From: Gemmatimonadota bacterium
GTDB lineage: Bacteria; Gemmatimonadota; Gemmatimonadetes; Palauibacterales; Palauibacteraceae
NCBI GenBank assembly: GCA_039588275.1
Contig: JBDHAC010000021.1
Span: 1-58,176 of the forward strand
Reading direction: 5' to 3'
Length of the DNA: 58,176 nucleotides
The notes below the pieces were generated by a model. It saw nothing but the letters and a program-made list of their open reading frames with translations. It was not told the DNA's origin and searched no databases. Position numbers and translations under genes: made by a program. This document shows positions 1-9,360 of the stretch, in pieces; position 1 is the first letter of the stretch, and each line of letters opens with the position of its first letter.

Positions 1-273
1 GCCCTACACCCTACGTCTCACCACACAGAGTGGAACCGCCGTCGAACCGACATCGATCGCGGTAGTGGCAGCGTCTGCCCCCTTGCGGCGCTCGCTTTCA
101 TAGGTGAAACGTCAACCACCGATCAACAAATGCGCGAGAGGGATGTGGACGCCTCAGGGCTCCGCGTACTGCTCCAGCAGCGCCTGGAACCGCGGGTGCT
201 CGCGGATCGGGTCCCAGCGGGGGTCGAGGGCGCAGCGTGTGGCGGCTTCGCTCGCGAGTGAAGCCGATGATCT

Positions 274-1503
274 TCACGGCCTCCTGAGCCAGCGCCAGAC
301 CGCGGCGCCGGCCAGCAGTAAAAGAATCCAGTCCAACGGCACTCTGTAGCGGGGCATGTACATCACGACGTAGTAGATGAGCGGGTAGCAGATCAGCGGC
401 GTCATGAGCGCCGCCCGTTGCGGGTGTGTCATCGCCGGCAGGGAGTGCCACGCACCCAGCAGCGCGAGTATGGTGAGGCCTGTGACCGCCAGGGCCGTCC
501 ACGGTCGGTGAAAAGGTCCGAGCCAGAACTGCGTTGTCCGGGAAACCGTCAACCCGAGAAATCGCCCCGGATGCTCTCGTATCCAATCGACCGCCTCGAC
601 TCTGGCTCGTCGCATGTACTCCGCCTCGCCGAGCTCCTGGACCAATCGCGCTTCAACCGGGTGCGTGCGTGGATGCCGATATTCGTGCCACGCGCTGATC
701 TTCTCTATGGCACCGGCTGCGTCGTCGTGGTTCCCCATGCGCAGCTCCAGGCCCAGGTCACTGCGGATGAAGTAGACCTCATCGAAGACCGTGTAGTTCC
801 GCCAGGCCCAGGGGGCACAGGCGATGGCCATCCCCAAGACCATGAACGCTGCCCGATACCACTTCCGCCGATCCCGGTCCCACCACAACTCGAAGGCCAT
901 CCAGCCGAGGACGACGGACAGCAAAACGGGTTGTAGATGATACGCGGCTCCGCATGCTGCACCCAGCAGCAACGAGCCAACGAACGACCCGCGTCCCGCT
1001 GTCCAGCGCCGCAGGAATGCGATCGCCAGCAGGCCGAGAACGATGGCGGCGAGTTCCTCGCCGTTTCCCGGCCGCAGCACGATCAGCGAGCCGACGAAGC
1101 CGGCGAGCACACCGGCCTCTCTACTGATTCCGAACCTCCCGCCAAACCAGGGAAGTAGAGCGTACAGCGCCGAAAAGGCCGCAATGCTGAAAAGATACGC
1201 CGCATAGCCGCCAACCAGACCCATCCCGAACACACTCCACATCAGTGCGAGTACGCCGGGCACGAGCGGTGGCAGATGCGCGGTAGGTCCGGTGGGGATC
1301 ATGTAGGGATCCGCGAATTCCCCGCGCTCGATCAACGATGTCGCGATTGCCGTGTCCTCCCAGCGATCGTGCGGGAGGATATGGCGCTCTGGGATCTTGG
1401 TCAGGTCGTAGACGCGAATCGAGAAGCCCAGCGGGAAGATGATGATGAAGGCTCGGACCGGCGATCGAGCCACCCAAATCACGGCAGTCCGTAACGGTGT
1501 CAT
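274..1503 (-). CDS. Polytopic membrane protein, GT-C (ArnT/PMT-like) glycosyltransferase-like
   Basis: About 409 aa with many TM segments. Motifs PTAHLPPL, PWAWRNY..F and MPRYRVP are typical of ArnT-like membrane proteins. ATG at 1503 preferred. Confidence 0.6.
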   Translation of the reverse strand: MTPLRTAVIWVARSPVRAFIIIFPLGFSIRVYDLTKIPERHILPHDRWEDTAIATSLIERGEFADPYMIPTGPTAHLPPLVPGVLALMWSVFGMGLVGGYAAYLFSIAAFSALYALLPWFGGRFGISREAGVLAGFVGSLIVLRPGNGEELAAIVLGLLAIAFLRRWTAGRGSFVGSLLLGAACGAAYHLQPVLLSVVLGWMAFELWWDRDRRKWYRAAFMVLGMAIACAPWAWRNYTVFDEVYFIRSDLGLELRMGNHDDAAGAIEKISAWHEYRHPRTHPVEARLVQELGEAEYMRRARVEAVDWIREHPGRFLGLTVSRTTQFWLGPFHRPWTALAVTGLTILALLGAWHSLPAMTHPQRAALMTPLICYPLIYYVVMYMPRYRVPLDWILLLLAGAAVWRWLRRP

Positions 1504-1550
1504 GGGCCGGTCCAACGAAGAAGGAGGCCGTTAAGTATCGCTCGGGTTCG

Positions 1551-2330
1551 TCAGGTACCCTTGAACTCGGCTGCCCGCTTCTCCAGGAAAGCGCTCACGC
1601 CTTCGTCCATGTCGTCGGTCGAGAACAGCAGCGAGAACCAGGCGCGCTCGAACTTGAGCCCCTCGTCCAGCGGCATACGACGCGCGGCGAGAACCGACTC
1701 CTTGGCCGCCTGGAGCGCGATCGGACTGCGCGACCCGATGGACCGAGCGAGCTCGAGCGTCTTCTCGCGCAGCTCGTCGGCCGGATACACGTCATCCACG
1801 AGCCCGATATCGGCGGCCTGCTCGGCCCCCAGCATCTCGCCCGTCATGATCATGCGCATCGCGCGTCCCTCGCCGACCAGCCGTGGGAGTCGCTGAGTTC
1901 CGCCTCCCCCGGGGATCAAGCCCAGGTTGATCTCCGGCTGGCCCAGGCGGGCCGTGTCCGCGGCGACTCGAATGTCGCACCCCATCGCGATCTCGCATCC
2001 GCCGCCGAGACAAAATCCGTTGATCATCGCGATCACCGGCTTGGGGAATGTCTCCATAGCGAGGAAGACGTTACCGCGGTGCATGCTGCGGTATTGTTGG
2101 ACGGGCCGCGCGTCTTTGAACTCCCCGATGTCCGCCCCCGCGATGAACGCCTTCTCACCCGCCCCCGTGAGCACGACGACGCGCACGTCATCGTCCGCCG
2201 CCAGATCGTCGAGCGCTCCGAACATCGCGGACCGGACCTCGCCGTTGAGGGCATTCAGCTTATCGGGTCGATTTACGGTCATCACAGCCACGTGGCCGTC
2301 CAGCTTCTCGACCAGAAGCACGTCGCTCAT
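1551..2330 (-). CDS. Enoyl-CoA hydratase/isomerase (crotonase)
   Basis: NRPDKLNAL, AFIAGADI, GGGCE, QPEINLGLIPGGGGTQRL; both catalytic Glu present. Confidence 0.92.
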   Translation of the reverse strand: MSDVLLVEKLDGHVAVMTVNRPDKLNALNGEVRSAMFGALDDLAADDDVRVVVLTGAGEKAFIAGADIGEFKDARPVQQYRSMHRGNVFLAMETFPKPVIAMINGFCLGGGCEIAMGCDIRVAADTARLGQPEINLGLIPGGGGTQRLPRLVGEGRAMRMIMTGEMLGAEQAADIGLVDDVYPADELREKTLELARSIGSRSPIALQAAKESVLAARRMPLDEGLKFERAWFSLLFSTDDMDEGVSAFLEKRAAEFKGT

Positions 2331-2466
2331 GGCGTCCTCGATCGTTGTATGGGTCAAAGCCTGGGGCGGCCTCGCCCACCGTCCAGGCGGACGGGTGCCC
2401 CGCAGTGCGCTTAGGGTAGCACTCGACCTCGGGGGTGGCCAAGCCCGGGAACGCCGCCTGCTGGGC

Positions 2467-2493
2467 CTACCGGGTCTACCGGGTCTACCGGGT
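2467..2493 (-). repeat. 9-bp tandem repeat x3 (CTACCGGGT; minus strand ACCCGGTAG = Thr-Arg-stop)
   Basis: Three exact copies at 2467, 2476 and 2485. Confidence 0.9.
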
Positions 2494-4317
2494 CCAGATG
2501 ACGATCGCGCCGCACCGACCCGAAAGCCCGGTGAACTCCGCCGGGACTGAGGCGGCGCTCGGATACACCTCCATAGCGGCGATCTCGGTAGGTCTCACGA
2601 GCTCGTCGATGCTGACGCCATCCGCCCGCCCTCTGCCGAGCGCCAGCGAGCCGTTGATGAAGACGTCGAGCTGATCGCATCCAACTCCCCGGGTCGACCC
2701 GATCTGGCACCCCCGTGCCGAACCGCGACAGTTGAGCTCGATTCCCTGCACGTCGCCGATGAGGTGGCTGATCCTGATGGGGTTTCGTCGCTCGATCTCC
2801 TCCTGTGACACGAACGCGCCGAGGCCCAGGCGCTGGCCCCACCGCTGGCGATCGTAGAAGCCTCTGAGCTCGAGCCGGCGATTGCGGAGCGTCGTTACGA
2901 CGAGTGGTTCGACCTCGATCGGATTCACGCTCAACTCGACTCGCACGTCCAGCGTGCGGTCCGCGAACACGGAGACGGGACGCACGAGCGGCTCGTAGCC
3001 CAGGTGGCGGATCTCGATCAGGTGGTCGCCGGGGAGGACCTCGTCGAGCGCAAAGTAGCCCATCTCATCCGTGAGAGTCTGGAACCGGGTACCGCTCACG
3101 GCGACCGAAGCCGCCGATACGGGTCTCTTGGTCTGCCCGTCCACCACGCGTCCCAACATCCTGCCCGGTCCCGAAACCGGCAGCTGCAGGTCGCGCCGGA
3201 TCAGGGGAGCGTCGGCGGTCAACTCCTGGAATTCTCTGCTCTCGTCCAGAGCCGAAGCCCGTAGAGTGACGAATCCATCTCGCGGGACATCGCACACCCG
3301 GTACCGGCCCTCGATGTCCGCGAAAACCTCGACTTCGCGCGCGCTCCGCTGCTCCCGAGTTTCGCGAACCCTGGCGGTGACCCTCGCGCCCGGCAGCAGC
3401 ACCTCCGTGAACTCATCGCGAACGACGCCCTCGATCGCGGTACCACCGTCGCGCTCCGGCGTGCAAAGCTCGACCTCCTCGGGATCGATCCGATCGGTCC
3501 GGCCCCGCCACCGGTTCGTCCAGATCGCGATGACTCCGCAGCCGGCGTCGGGGTCGAGCGCGAAGACCGGCGTCCCGCCCGTGCCCGAGTAGGCCTCGAC
3601 GGCGCCGACCTCGTACGTGGACATGTCTGCGAGGAACAGGCGAGACCGCTTTCGCCCATCCAGGTAGATGACGGGTTGCCCCCCGAGGCAGGTCGCGGAG
3701 CCGAACCCGGGCGACATGTCCTCGATCAGCCCCATGAAGCCCCGGCTGCCGCCGACCCCTTCGCGTCTGCCGCCTGATCCGAAGAAGCTGGCGAACGAAC
3801 CGGCGCTCCAGCGCTCCACGAACTGCGGATCGAAGAACGTGCCGATCCCGCGGGCGCGCCGCTCGTAGAAGCCCCGCTCTTCCAGGTAGCGGGGTCGGAA
3901 TTCGATCGCCACGTCGAGCGGTGCGACCTCGATCGCGACGGGTGTCAGACCGAGCGCCACGACCGTCGTGTGGACATCTCGCACCTGGATCTCGGATGTC
4001 TGCTCTCCGTACGCGATGTGCTGGATGTGAACGCCATACGTGCCGGCGGGGACGTCCAGGAAGGTGAAGGTGCCGGTCGAGTCGCTCAGCGCGCGCCGGG
4101 CGAGCGCCGTCAGCTCTACGAGCGCTCCCTCGACCGGTCGTCCGGTCTGGGAATCGACCAGGCGACCCACCAAACGACTCATCTCGACAGGGTCGATCCC
4201 GAGGTCGGGAGCAGGCTCCTGCGCGGTCGCTGAAGGGGGCCCGAGGTGTAGGACCCCGGCGGCCGCTCCCAGGATGAGAGAGGCGGTCCTGAGCAAGCTG
4301 TGGGACGCGTGGCTCAC
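2485..4317 (-). CDS. Secreted protein with carboxypeptidase regulatory-like domains and duplicated TonB-plug-like modules
   Basis: Signal-peptide-like N-terminus. Three GRV/LVD..T..PV-type domains. Two copies of RGFYE/DR...G.G.F and E(V/I)xAxExY...CG.IxIWT. GTG start at 4317 with GAGG upstream. Confidence 0.7.
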   Translation of the reverse strand: MSHASHSLLRTASLILGAAAGVLHLGPPSATAQEPAPDLGIDPVEMSRLVGRLVDSQTGRPVEGALVELTALARRALSDSTGTFTFLDVPAGTYGVHIQHIAYGEQTSEIQVRDVHTTVVALGLTPVAIEVAPLDVAIEFRPRYLEERGFYERRARGIGTFFDPQFVERWSAGSFASFFGSGGRREGVGGSRGFMGLIEDMSPGFGSATCLGGQPVIYLDGRKRSRLFLADMSTYEVGAVEAYSGTGGTPVFALDPDAGCGVIAIWTNRWRGRTDRIDPEEVELCTPERDGGTAIEGVVRDEFTEVLLPGARVTARVRETREQRSAREVEVFADIEGRYRVCDVPRDGFVTLRASALDESREFQELTADAPLIRRDLQLPVSGPGRMLGRVVDGQTKRPVSAASVAVSGTRFQTLTDEMGYFALDEVLPGDHLIEIRHLGYEPLVRPVSVFADRTLDVRVELSVNPIEVEPLVVTTLRNRRLELRGFYDRQRWGQRLGLGAFVSQEEIERRNPIRISHLIGDVQGIELNCRGSARGCQIGSTRGVGCDQLDVFINGSLALGRGRADGVSIDELVRPTEIAAMEVYPSAASVPAEFTGLSGRCGAIVIWTR

Positions 4318-4421
4318 GATGGCCTCGCTGCGCCGAGGTGTTGTGGCGCCGTTCCTCGCCGCCTCCGACGACAGAGGCGGCAAGGAACTCTACCACTTTG
4401 ACGACTGCTACGGCGAGGGCG

Positions 4422-6188
4422 TCACCCCTCGTGCATCGTCACCCCGCCGACCACGGTTCGGGCGACGGGGATCTCCTTGATGCGGTCGGGCTCGGCCTCG
4501 TGCGGGTCCTCCGCCAGCAGCACGAAGTCCGCGAGCTTCCCGGGCGTGATCGACCCTTTGAGACCCTCCTCGAACGAGGCATACGCGCCGTTGAGCGTGC
4601 ATATGCGAAGGGCCTCGCTCACCGACACGCGCTGGTTCGGTCCCCATTCGCGGCCCTGGAAGTCGGTACGGGTGACCATGCTCTGGATCGCCATGAGCGG
4701 CTCGAACGGGCCGGGCGGATAGTCGGAGGCGCCGGCAACGGGGATGCCGTGGTCCAGGAACGAGCGGTGCGCGAACATCCACCGCATCTTCTCACCCCCG
4801 TATTCGGGCCACTTGTTCCCATGGTAATGGACGTAGGTATAGAACGGAGTCGGGATCGCGCCGATCGCCTGGATGCGCCGCAACAGGCCCGGATCCACGA
4901 GCGAGCAGTGCTCGATTCGGAAGCGGGGGTCGCTCTGGGGCCAGCGCTCCTGCGCCCGCTCGTACGCGTTGAGCACCATCTCGATGGTACGATCCCCGTT
5001 CGCGTGGATCCCGATCTGGAATCCGTGCTGCACGGCGTCCTCGACGGCCGCGTGAATCTCGTCCTGGTTCATCGTGAGGATCCCGTAGTCGTCCGGGCGC
5101 CCCACGTACGGGGTCCTCATCGCCATGGTTCGCTCCGAAGCCGAGCCGTCCGCCCCGTACTTGACGGCTCCGATTCGGAGCCACTCATCTCCGAACCCGG
5201 TGCGGATTCCGGCCTGCTTGAGCGCGGCGAAGAAGCCCTCATTTCCGATCCCACCGCGCCCGGACGGGAAGTAGTACATGCGGAAGCGGAGCTCGTCCGC
5301 ATCATACGCGTCCTGGTAGGCGATGAACCCATCCTCTCCGCCCCCCGTCTCGTGCACTGAGGTCAGGCCGGCGGCCGTCATGAGGCGTGAGATCAGGCCC
5401 ACGGCCTCGGCCCGTTGCTCGCGGGTCGTCTCGTTCGGAATCAGCCGGTTGAGGGCCGCCCGCGCCCGCTCGGCCACCTTGCCCGTCAGCTCGCCGTCTT
5501 CGCGGTAGAACCGCCCGCCTTCGGGGTCGGGGGTGTCGACCGTGATGCCGGCGAGCTCGAACGCCATCGAGTTGTAGACGGCGGTGTGTCCACCGCGGTG
5601 CACGACCACGACCGGGTGACCGGGCACCGCCTCATCCAGATCGCGCCGGTGCAAAGGCCGGCCCTCGCGCAGTTTGGTGTCGTCGTACAGGAAGCCGCGG
5701 ATCCACTCGCCCGGCGGCGTATTCGCCGCGCGCTCACCGAGCGCGGATTGGATCGCCGCGACGCTGCGCAAATCGCAGTTGACCTGGAGCAGGTGCCGCG
5801 TGCCCGCGTAGAACGGGTGGTTGTGCGCATCGATGAAGCCGGGTGTGACGGTCATCTCGCCGGCGTCGATGACCTCGGTGCCCGGTCCCACCAGGCCCCG
5901 GACATCGTCGTCCGAGCCCACGGCGAGGAACCGACCGCTCTTGACGGCGAACGCCTCGGCCCGCGGGAAGGCATCATCCACCGTGTACACCTTTCCGTTC
6001 AGGAGGGCGAGGTCGGCCACCTCAGCCCGTCCGGACCGGTTGGCGTTGGGACTCCGCACATCGGGTGCGGACCCCGTTGTGCGCCCTGCGCGTACGGTCT
6101 CGGCCAGCGCGGACCGCGGCCGGCTCACGACGCCGAGCGCGCCGAGCAATCCCAGCTCCACGAAGTCGCGACGTTTCAGAAACGACAT
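4422..6188 (-). CDS. Tat-exported metal-dependent amidohydrolase (YtcJ / Amidohydro_3 family)
   Basis: Tat motif KRRDF; PGFIDAHNH, IHANGD, RIEHCS, GASDYP, GSITPGKLADFV. Confidence 0.88.
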   Translation of the reverse strand: MSFLKRRDFVELGLLGALGVVSRPRSALAETVRAGRTTGSAPDVRSPNANRSGRAEVADLALLNGKVYTVDDAFPRAEAFAVKSGRFLAVGSDDDVRGLVGPGTEVIDAGEMTVTPGFIDAHNHPFYAGTRHLLQVNCDLRSVAAIQSALGERAANTPPGEWIRGFLYDDTKLREGRPLHRRDLDEAVPGHPVVVVHRGGHTAVYNSMAFELAGITVDTPDPEGGRFYREDGELTGKVAERARAALNRLIPNETTREQRAEAVGLISRLMTAAGLTSVHETGGGEDGFIAYQDAYDADELRFRMYYFPSGRGGIGNEGFFAALKQAGIRTGFGDEWLRIGAVKYGADGSASERTMAMRTPYVGRPDDYGILTMNQDEIHAAVEDAVQHGFQIGIHANGDRTIEMVLNAYERAQERWPQSDPRFRIEHCSLVDPGLLRRIQAIGAIPTPFYTYVHYHGNKWPEYGGEKMRWMFAHRSFLDHGIPVAGASDYPPGPFEPLMAIQSMVTRTDFQGREWGPNQRVSVSEALRICTLNGAYASFEEGLKGSITPGKLADFVLLAEDPHEAEPDRIKEIPVARTVVGGVTMHEG

Positions 6189-7684
6189 CAAACCTCCTTG
6201 GGCGAGCGGAACGGACCACCCACCCCTTCGCGTACGCTCCGCATCTCGTCCTCCGCACCCGGGGGAGGACGGGTGGCCAGGCTGACGACCACCGTGATGA
6301 GCAGGCCGCCGAAAAACCCCGGTAGCATCTCGTACAGATCATGGAAGCCGGCCTTGAACCAGACGACCCATACCATCGTGATTAAGAAGCCTCCAGCCAT
6401 GCCCGCGATCGCACCCGCCCGCGTCGTGCGGGCCCAGAAGAGCGAGCACAGGACCACGGGTGTGAACGCGCACGCGAGGCCCGACCAGGCGAACAACACG
6501 AACCAGAAGATCAGACGCACCTCGCCAAGCGCGAGCGCCAGGCCGACGGTCCCGATGATCACCGTGACGATCTTCCCGAGCAGGGAAAGACGACGTTGGG
6601 AAGCCTCGGGGCGGAAGATCTTCTGTACCACGTCTCGGACGACGGACGACGACGCGAGGATGAGCAACGAATCGACCGTCGACATGATCGCGGCGAGAAC
6701 CACGATCAGAAAGATCCCGGTGAAGAGGGCGGGGAAGAGCTGCGAGGAGAGCAAGGGGAGAATCGTCTCCGGGTCGTCGAGGCGCGGAAACAGCACACGT
6801 CCCGCCATGCCGGCGAACACCGCTCCCACATCGAAGACCACGATGCAAAGGACGGCGATCGGAGCCGCGTTCAAGATCTCTCGCTGGTCGCGGGCGGCCA
6901 TGAAGCGTGTCAGGAGCTGTGGGGAACCCAGGAATGCCAGACCGATTCCCACGAACCCCGCGGCGCTCGCCACACCAGCCGGCGTGAAGCCCAAACCGCC
7001 TCCCGGCAGGAGGAGGTCCGGGTCCGCCGCGCGCAGCCCGTCGACGAACGGTTCCCAGCCCCCGACGGCCAGGATGGCCACGATCGGGAGCGTGAACAGG
7101 CAGCCGAACATCAGGACGCCCTGGAGAAGATCGCTGTACGCGACCGCCTTGAACCCCCCGACGCTCGTGTAGAACAGGATCACGGCGAGCCCGATGAACA
7201 CGCCGGCGCGGTAGCCGGTCCCGAGGAACGAGTCGAACGCCTTCCCGGTCGCCGTCAGCTGGGCGGCGGTGTACGCGGCGACCATCGAGAGCACGATCAC
7301 CGCCCCCATGATACGGAACACGTGCGCTCGATCGTGGAATCGCTCCTCCAGATAATCGGGCACGGTGATAGATCGGTACCGATCGGTATACGCCTTGAAC
7401 GGTCGGGCGACCCAGATCCAGGCGGCCGCGACACCGAGCACCTCCCCGAGCACGATCCACAGGGCGTGCACCCCCACCGCATACCCCATCCCGGTCAGAC
7501 CGAGCAGAAGCCAGGCGCTCTCTCCCGTGGAGTTCGAGCTGAACGCGATCACCCACGACGGGAGCTTCTTGCCCGCGACGTAATACCCGGCGACGTCGTG
7601 CGACTCGCGCCCACCCCACACGCCGATGACCAGGAGGACGAGCAGATAGACGCCGAGGACGGCGAGGATGGTGGTGGAGATCAT
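6188..7684 (-). CDS. Sodium:solute symporter, PutP-like (sodium/proline)
   Basis: SAWLLLGLTG, GGFKAVAYSDLLQG, AAIMSTVDSLL; about 13 TM segments. Confidence 0.88.
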   Translation of the reverse strand: MISTTILAVLGVYLLVLLVIGVWGGRESHDVAGYYVAGKKLPSWVIAFSSNSTGESAWLLLGLTGMGYAVGVHALWIVLGEVLGVAAAWIWVARPFKAYTDRYRSITVPDYLEERFHDRAHVFRIMGAVIVLSMVAAYTAAQLTATGKAFDSFLGTGYRAGVFIGLAVILFYTSVGGFKAVAYSDLLQGVLMFGCLFTLPIVAILAVGGWEPFVDGLRAADPDLLLPGGGLGFTPAGVASAAGFVGIGLAFLGSPQLLTRFMAARDQREILNAAPIAVLCIVVFDVGAVFAGMAGRVLFPRLDDPETILPLLSSQLFPALFTGIFLIVVLAAIMSTVDSLLILASSSVVRDVVQKIFRPEASQRRLSLLGKIVTVIIGTVGLALALGEVRLIFWFVLFAWSGLACAFTPVVLCSLFWARTTRAGAIAGMAGGFLITMVWVVWFKAGFHDLYEMLPGFFGGLLITVVVSLATRPPPGAEDEMRSVREGVGGPFRSPKEV

Positions 7685-7902
7685 GGGTCGCCGGGCTGGA
7701 ACGGGCCGCCGCCGGGCTGGGCCGGCCCACCGCTGAGGCCGCCGGGCTCGCCACCGCCCTCGACGCCCCCAGACCCATCACACCTGTCGAGGGGTCGGTG
7801 GTCAGCCCGATGGACGCGGTACGAGACGACCGCGAGCCCGACGCCCGGCGCCACGGCCGCCGCGAGCAACACCCACGCCGTCCACGGGAGACCGCCGATC
7901 AT
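7681..7902 (-). CDS. Small membrane protein coupled to the SSS symporter
   Basis: One TM segment and a Gly/Pro-rich tail. Its stop overlaps the symporter ATG (ATGA). Confidence 0.5.
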   Translation of the reverse strand: MIGGLPWTAWVLLAAAVAPGVGLAVVSYRVHRADHRPLDRCDGSGGVEGGGEPGGLSGGPAQPGGGPFQPGDP

Positions 7903-7953
7903 CGGGTGGTCAGAGCCCCCACCCGAGATCGCGCCTGCGATGCCGCGTACGCC

Positions 7954-9282
7954 TCACGTCCCGTCGACCCGCTGACAGGCGCGTCTGAGGCGCTCGAGGC
8001 CCTCCTCGACCTCGTCCTCGGTGATCAGCATCGACGGGCCGATACGGATGACCTGTCCATGCAGGCCCCCACGGCCCACGAGTACCCCTTCCTCCTTGGT
8101 GGCTTCGAGGAGACGCTCGGCCCGACCGGGGTCCGGAGTCTTGGCCGCCCGATCCGTTACCAGCTCGAGGGCTTGCATGAGACCCATGCCGCGCGCTTCG
8201 CCGACCCACGCGAACTGCTCACGGAGCGTCTCGAGACCTGCACGAAGCTGTCGGCCACGCTGCGCCGATCGGGCCGGCACATCCTCCTCCGCCATGACAT
8301 CGAGAGTCGCCGTCGCGGCGGCCATGCACACCGGGTTCCCGCCGTAGGTGGAGATGGCGGGTCCCTGCCACGCCTCCGCGATCTCGGGACGTGTCACCGT
8401 GACCCCGACGGGGAAACCGTTGGCGACCCCCTTCGCCATCACCATGACGTCGGGCTCGACCCCCCAGTGCTCGATGCCGAACCACTTGTCGCCGGTGCGG
8501 CCAAAGCCGGTCTGCACCTCATCGATGATCAGAAGCCCGCCGTAACTGCGGATCACCTCGGCCGCCCGCCCGAAGTAGTCGAGTGGGGGAACGATGTATC
8601 CGCCCACGCCCTGTATCGTTTCGGCGAACAACGCCGCGGGTCGGCCCGTGGTGGTGGTCTCGATCACCTCGACGAGATCGTCGATGAAGAAGTCGGTGCA
8701 CTCCGGGCCGGCGCCCACGGGGGAGCGGAACGGGTACGGGGACCTCGCGTGCACGACGCCGCTTACGGACCCGGGGAGCGGGCGCCAGGCAGCCTGCGCG
8801 CTCATATGGGTAGCGAGCAGACTACGTCCGGAGTAGGCCAACCTGAGGGCCACGATCTCGCTTCGCCCGGTGAACAGACGCGCCACCGTGATGGCGGATT
8901 CGACGGCCTCCGTTCCACTGTTGGTGAAGCAAACACTCTTGAGGGCGCCCGGTGTGATGGCCTCGAGCCGCTTCGCCGCTCCTATCTGGCCCTCGGTCAC
9001 GTACAGCGTCGACGTGTGCCCGAGCTTGGCCATCTGACGACGGACCGCTTCCTGAACGGAGGGGTGACCGTGCCCGATCGAGGTGGTGAGGATGCCGGCG
9101 AACAGGTCCAGGTACTCGCGCCCATCGACGTCCCGCACCCACACGCCTTTGCCCCTCGCGAGCGCGATCGGCTCCGCGTAATAGGGACGTACCCAGGGGA
9201 ACAGATACTCTCGGTGTGCCGCGGTCAGCTCGGCGGTGCGCCTCACGGTCGCGTCGATGTCTATCGTCTCGGTCGTGCTCAC
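7954..9282 (-). CDS. Class III PLP aminotransferase (AGXT2 / beta-alanine-pyruvate-like)
   Basis: FTNSGTEA, AETIQGVGG, IIDEVQTGFGRTG, AKG, TYGGNP; GTG start at 9282. Confidence 0.88.
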   Translation of the reverse strand: MSTTETIDIDATVRRTAELTAAHREYLFPWVRPYYAEPIALARGKGVWVRDVDGREYLDLFAGILTTSIGHGHPSVQEAVRRQMAKLGHTSTLYVTEGQIGAAKRLEAITPGALKSVCFTNSGTEAVESAITVARLFTGRSEIVALRLAYSGRSLLATHMSAQAAWRPLPGSVSGVVHARSPYPFRSPVGAGPECTDFFIDDLVEVIETTTTGRPAALFAETIQGVGGYIVPPLDYFGRAAEVIRSYGGLLIIDEVQTGFGRTGDKWFGIEHWGVEPDVMVMAKGVANGFPVGVTVTRPEIAEAWQGPAISTYGGNPVCMAAATATLDVMAEEDVPARSAQRGRQLRAGLETLREQFAWVGEARGMGLMQALELVTDRAAKTPDPGRAERLLEATKEEGVLVGRGGLHGQVIRIGPSMLITEDEVEEGLERLRRACQRVDGT

Positions 9283-9360
9283 GTCAATCACCTTTCGGCT
9301 GGGCCGGCCAACAGACTCGGGCGCCACTCACCTCTGGTGCGATCGAGGCGGCGATCCGCG

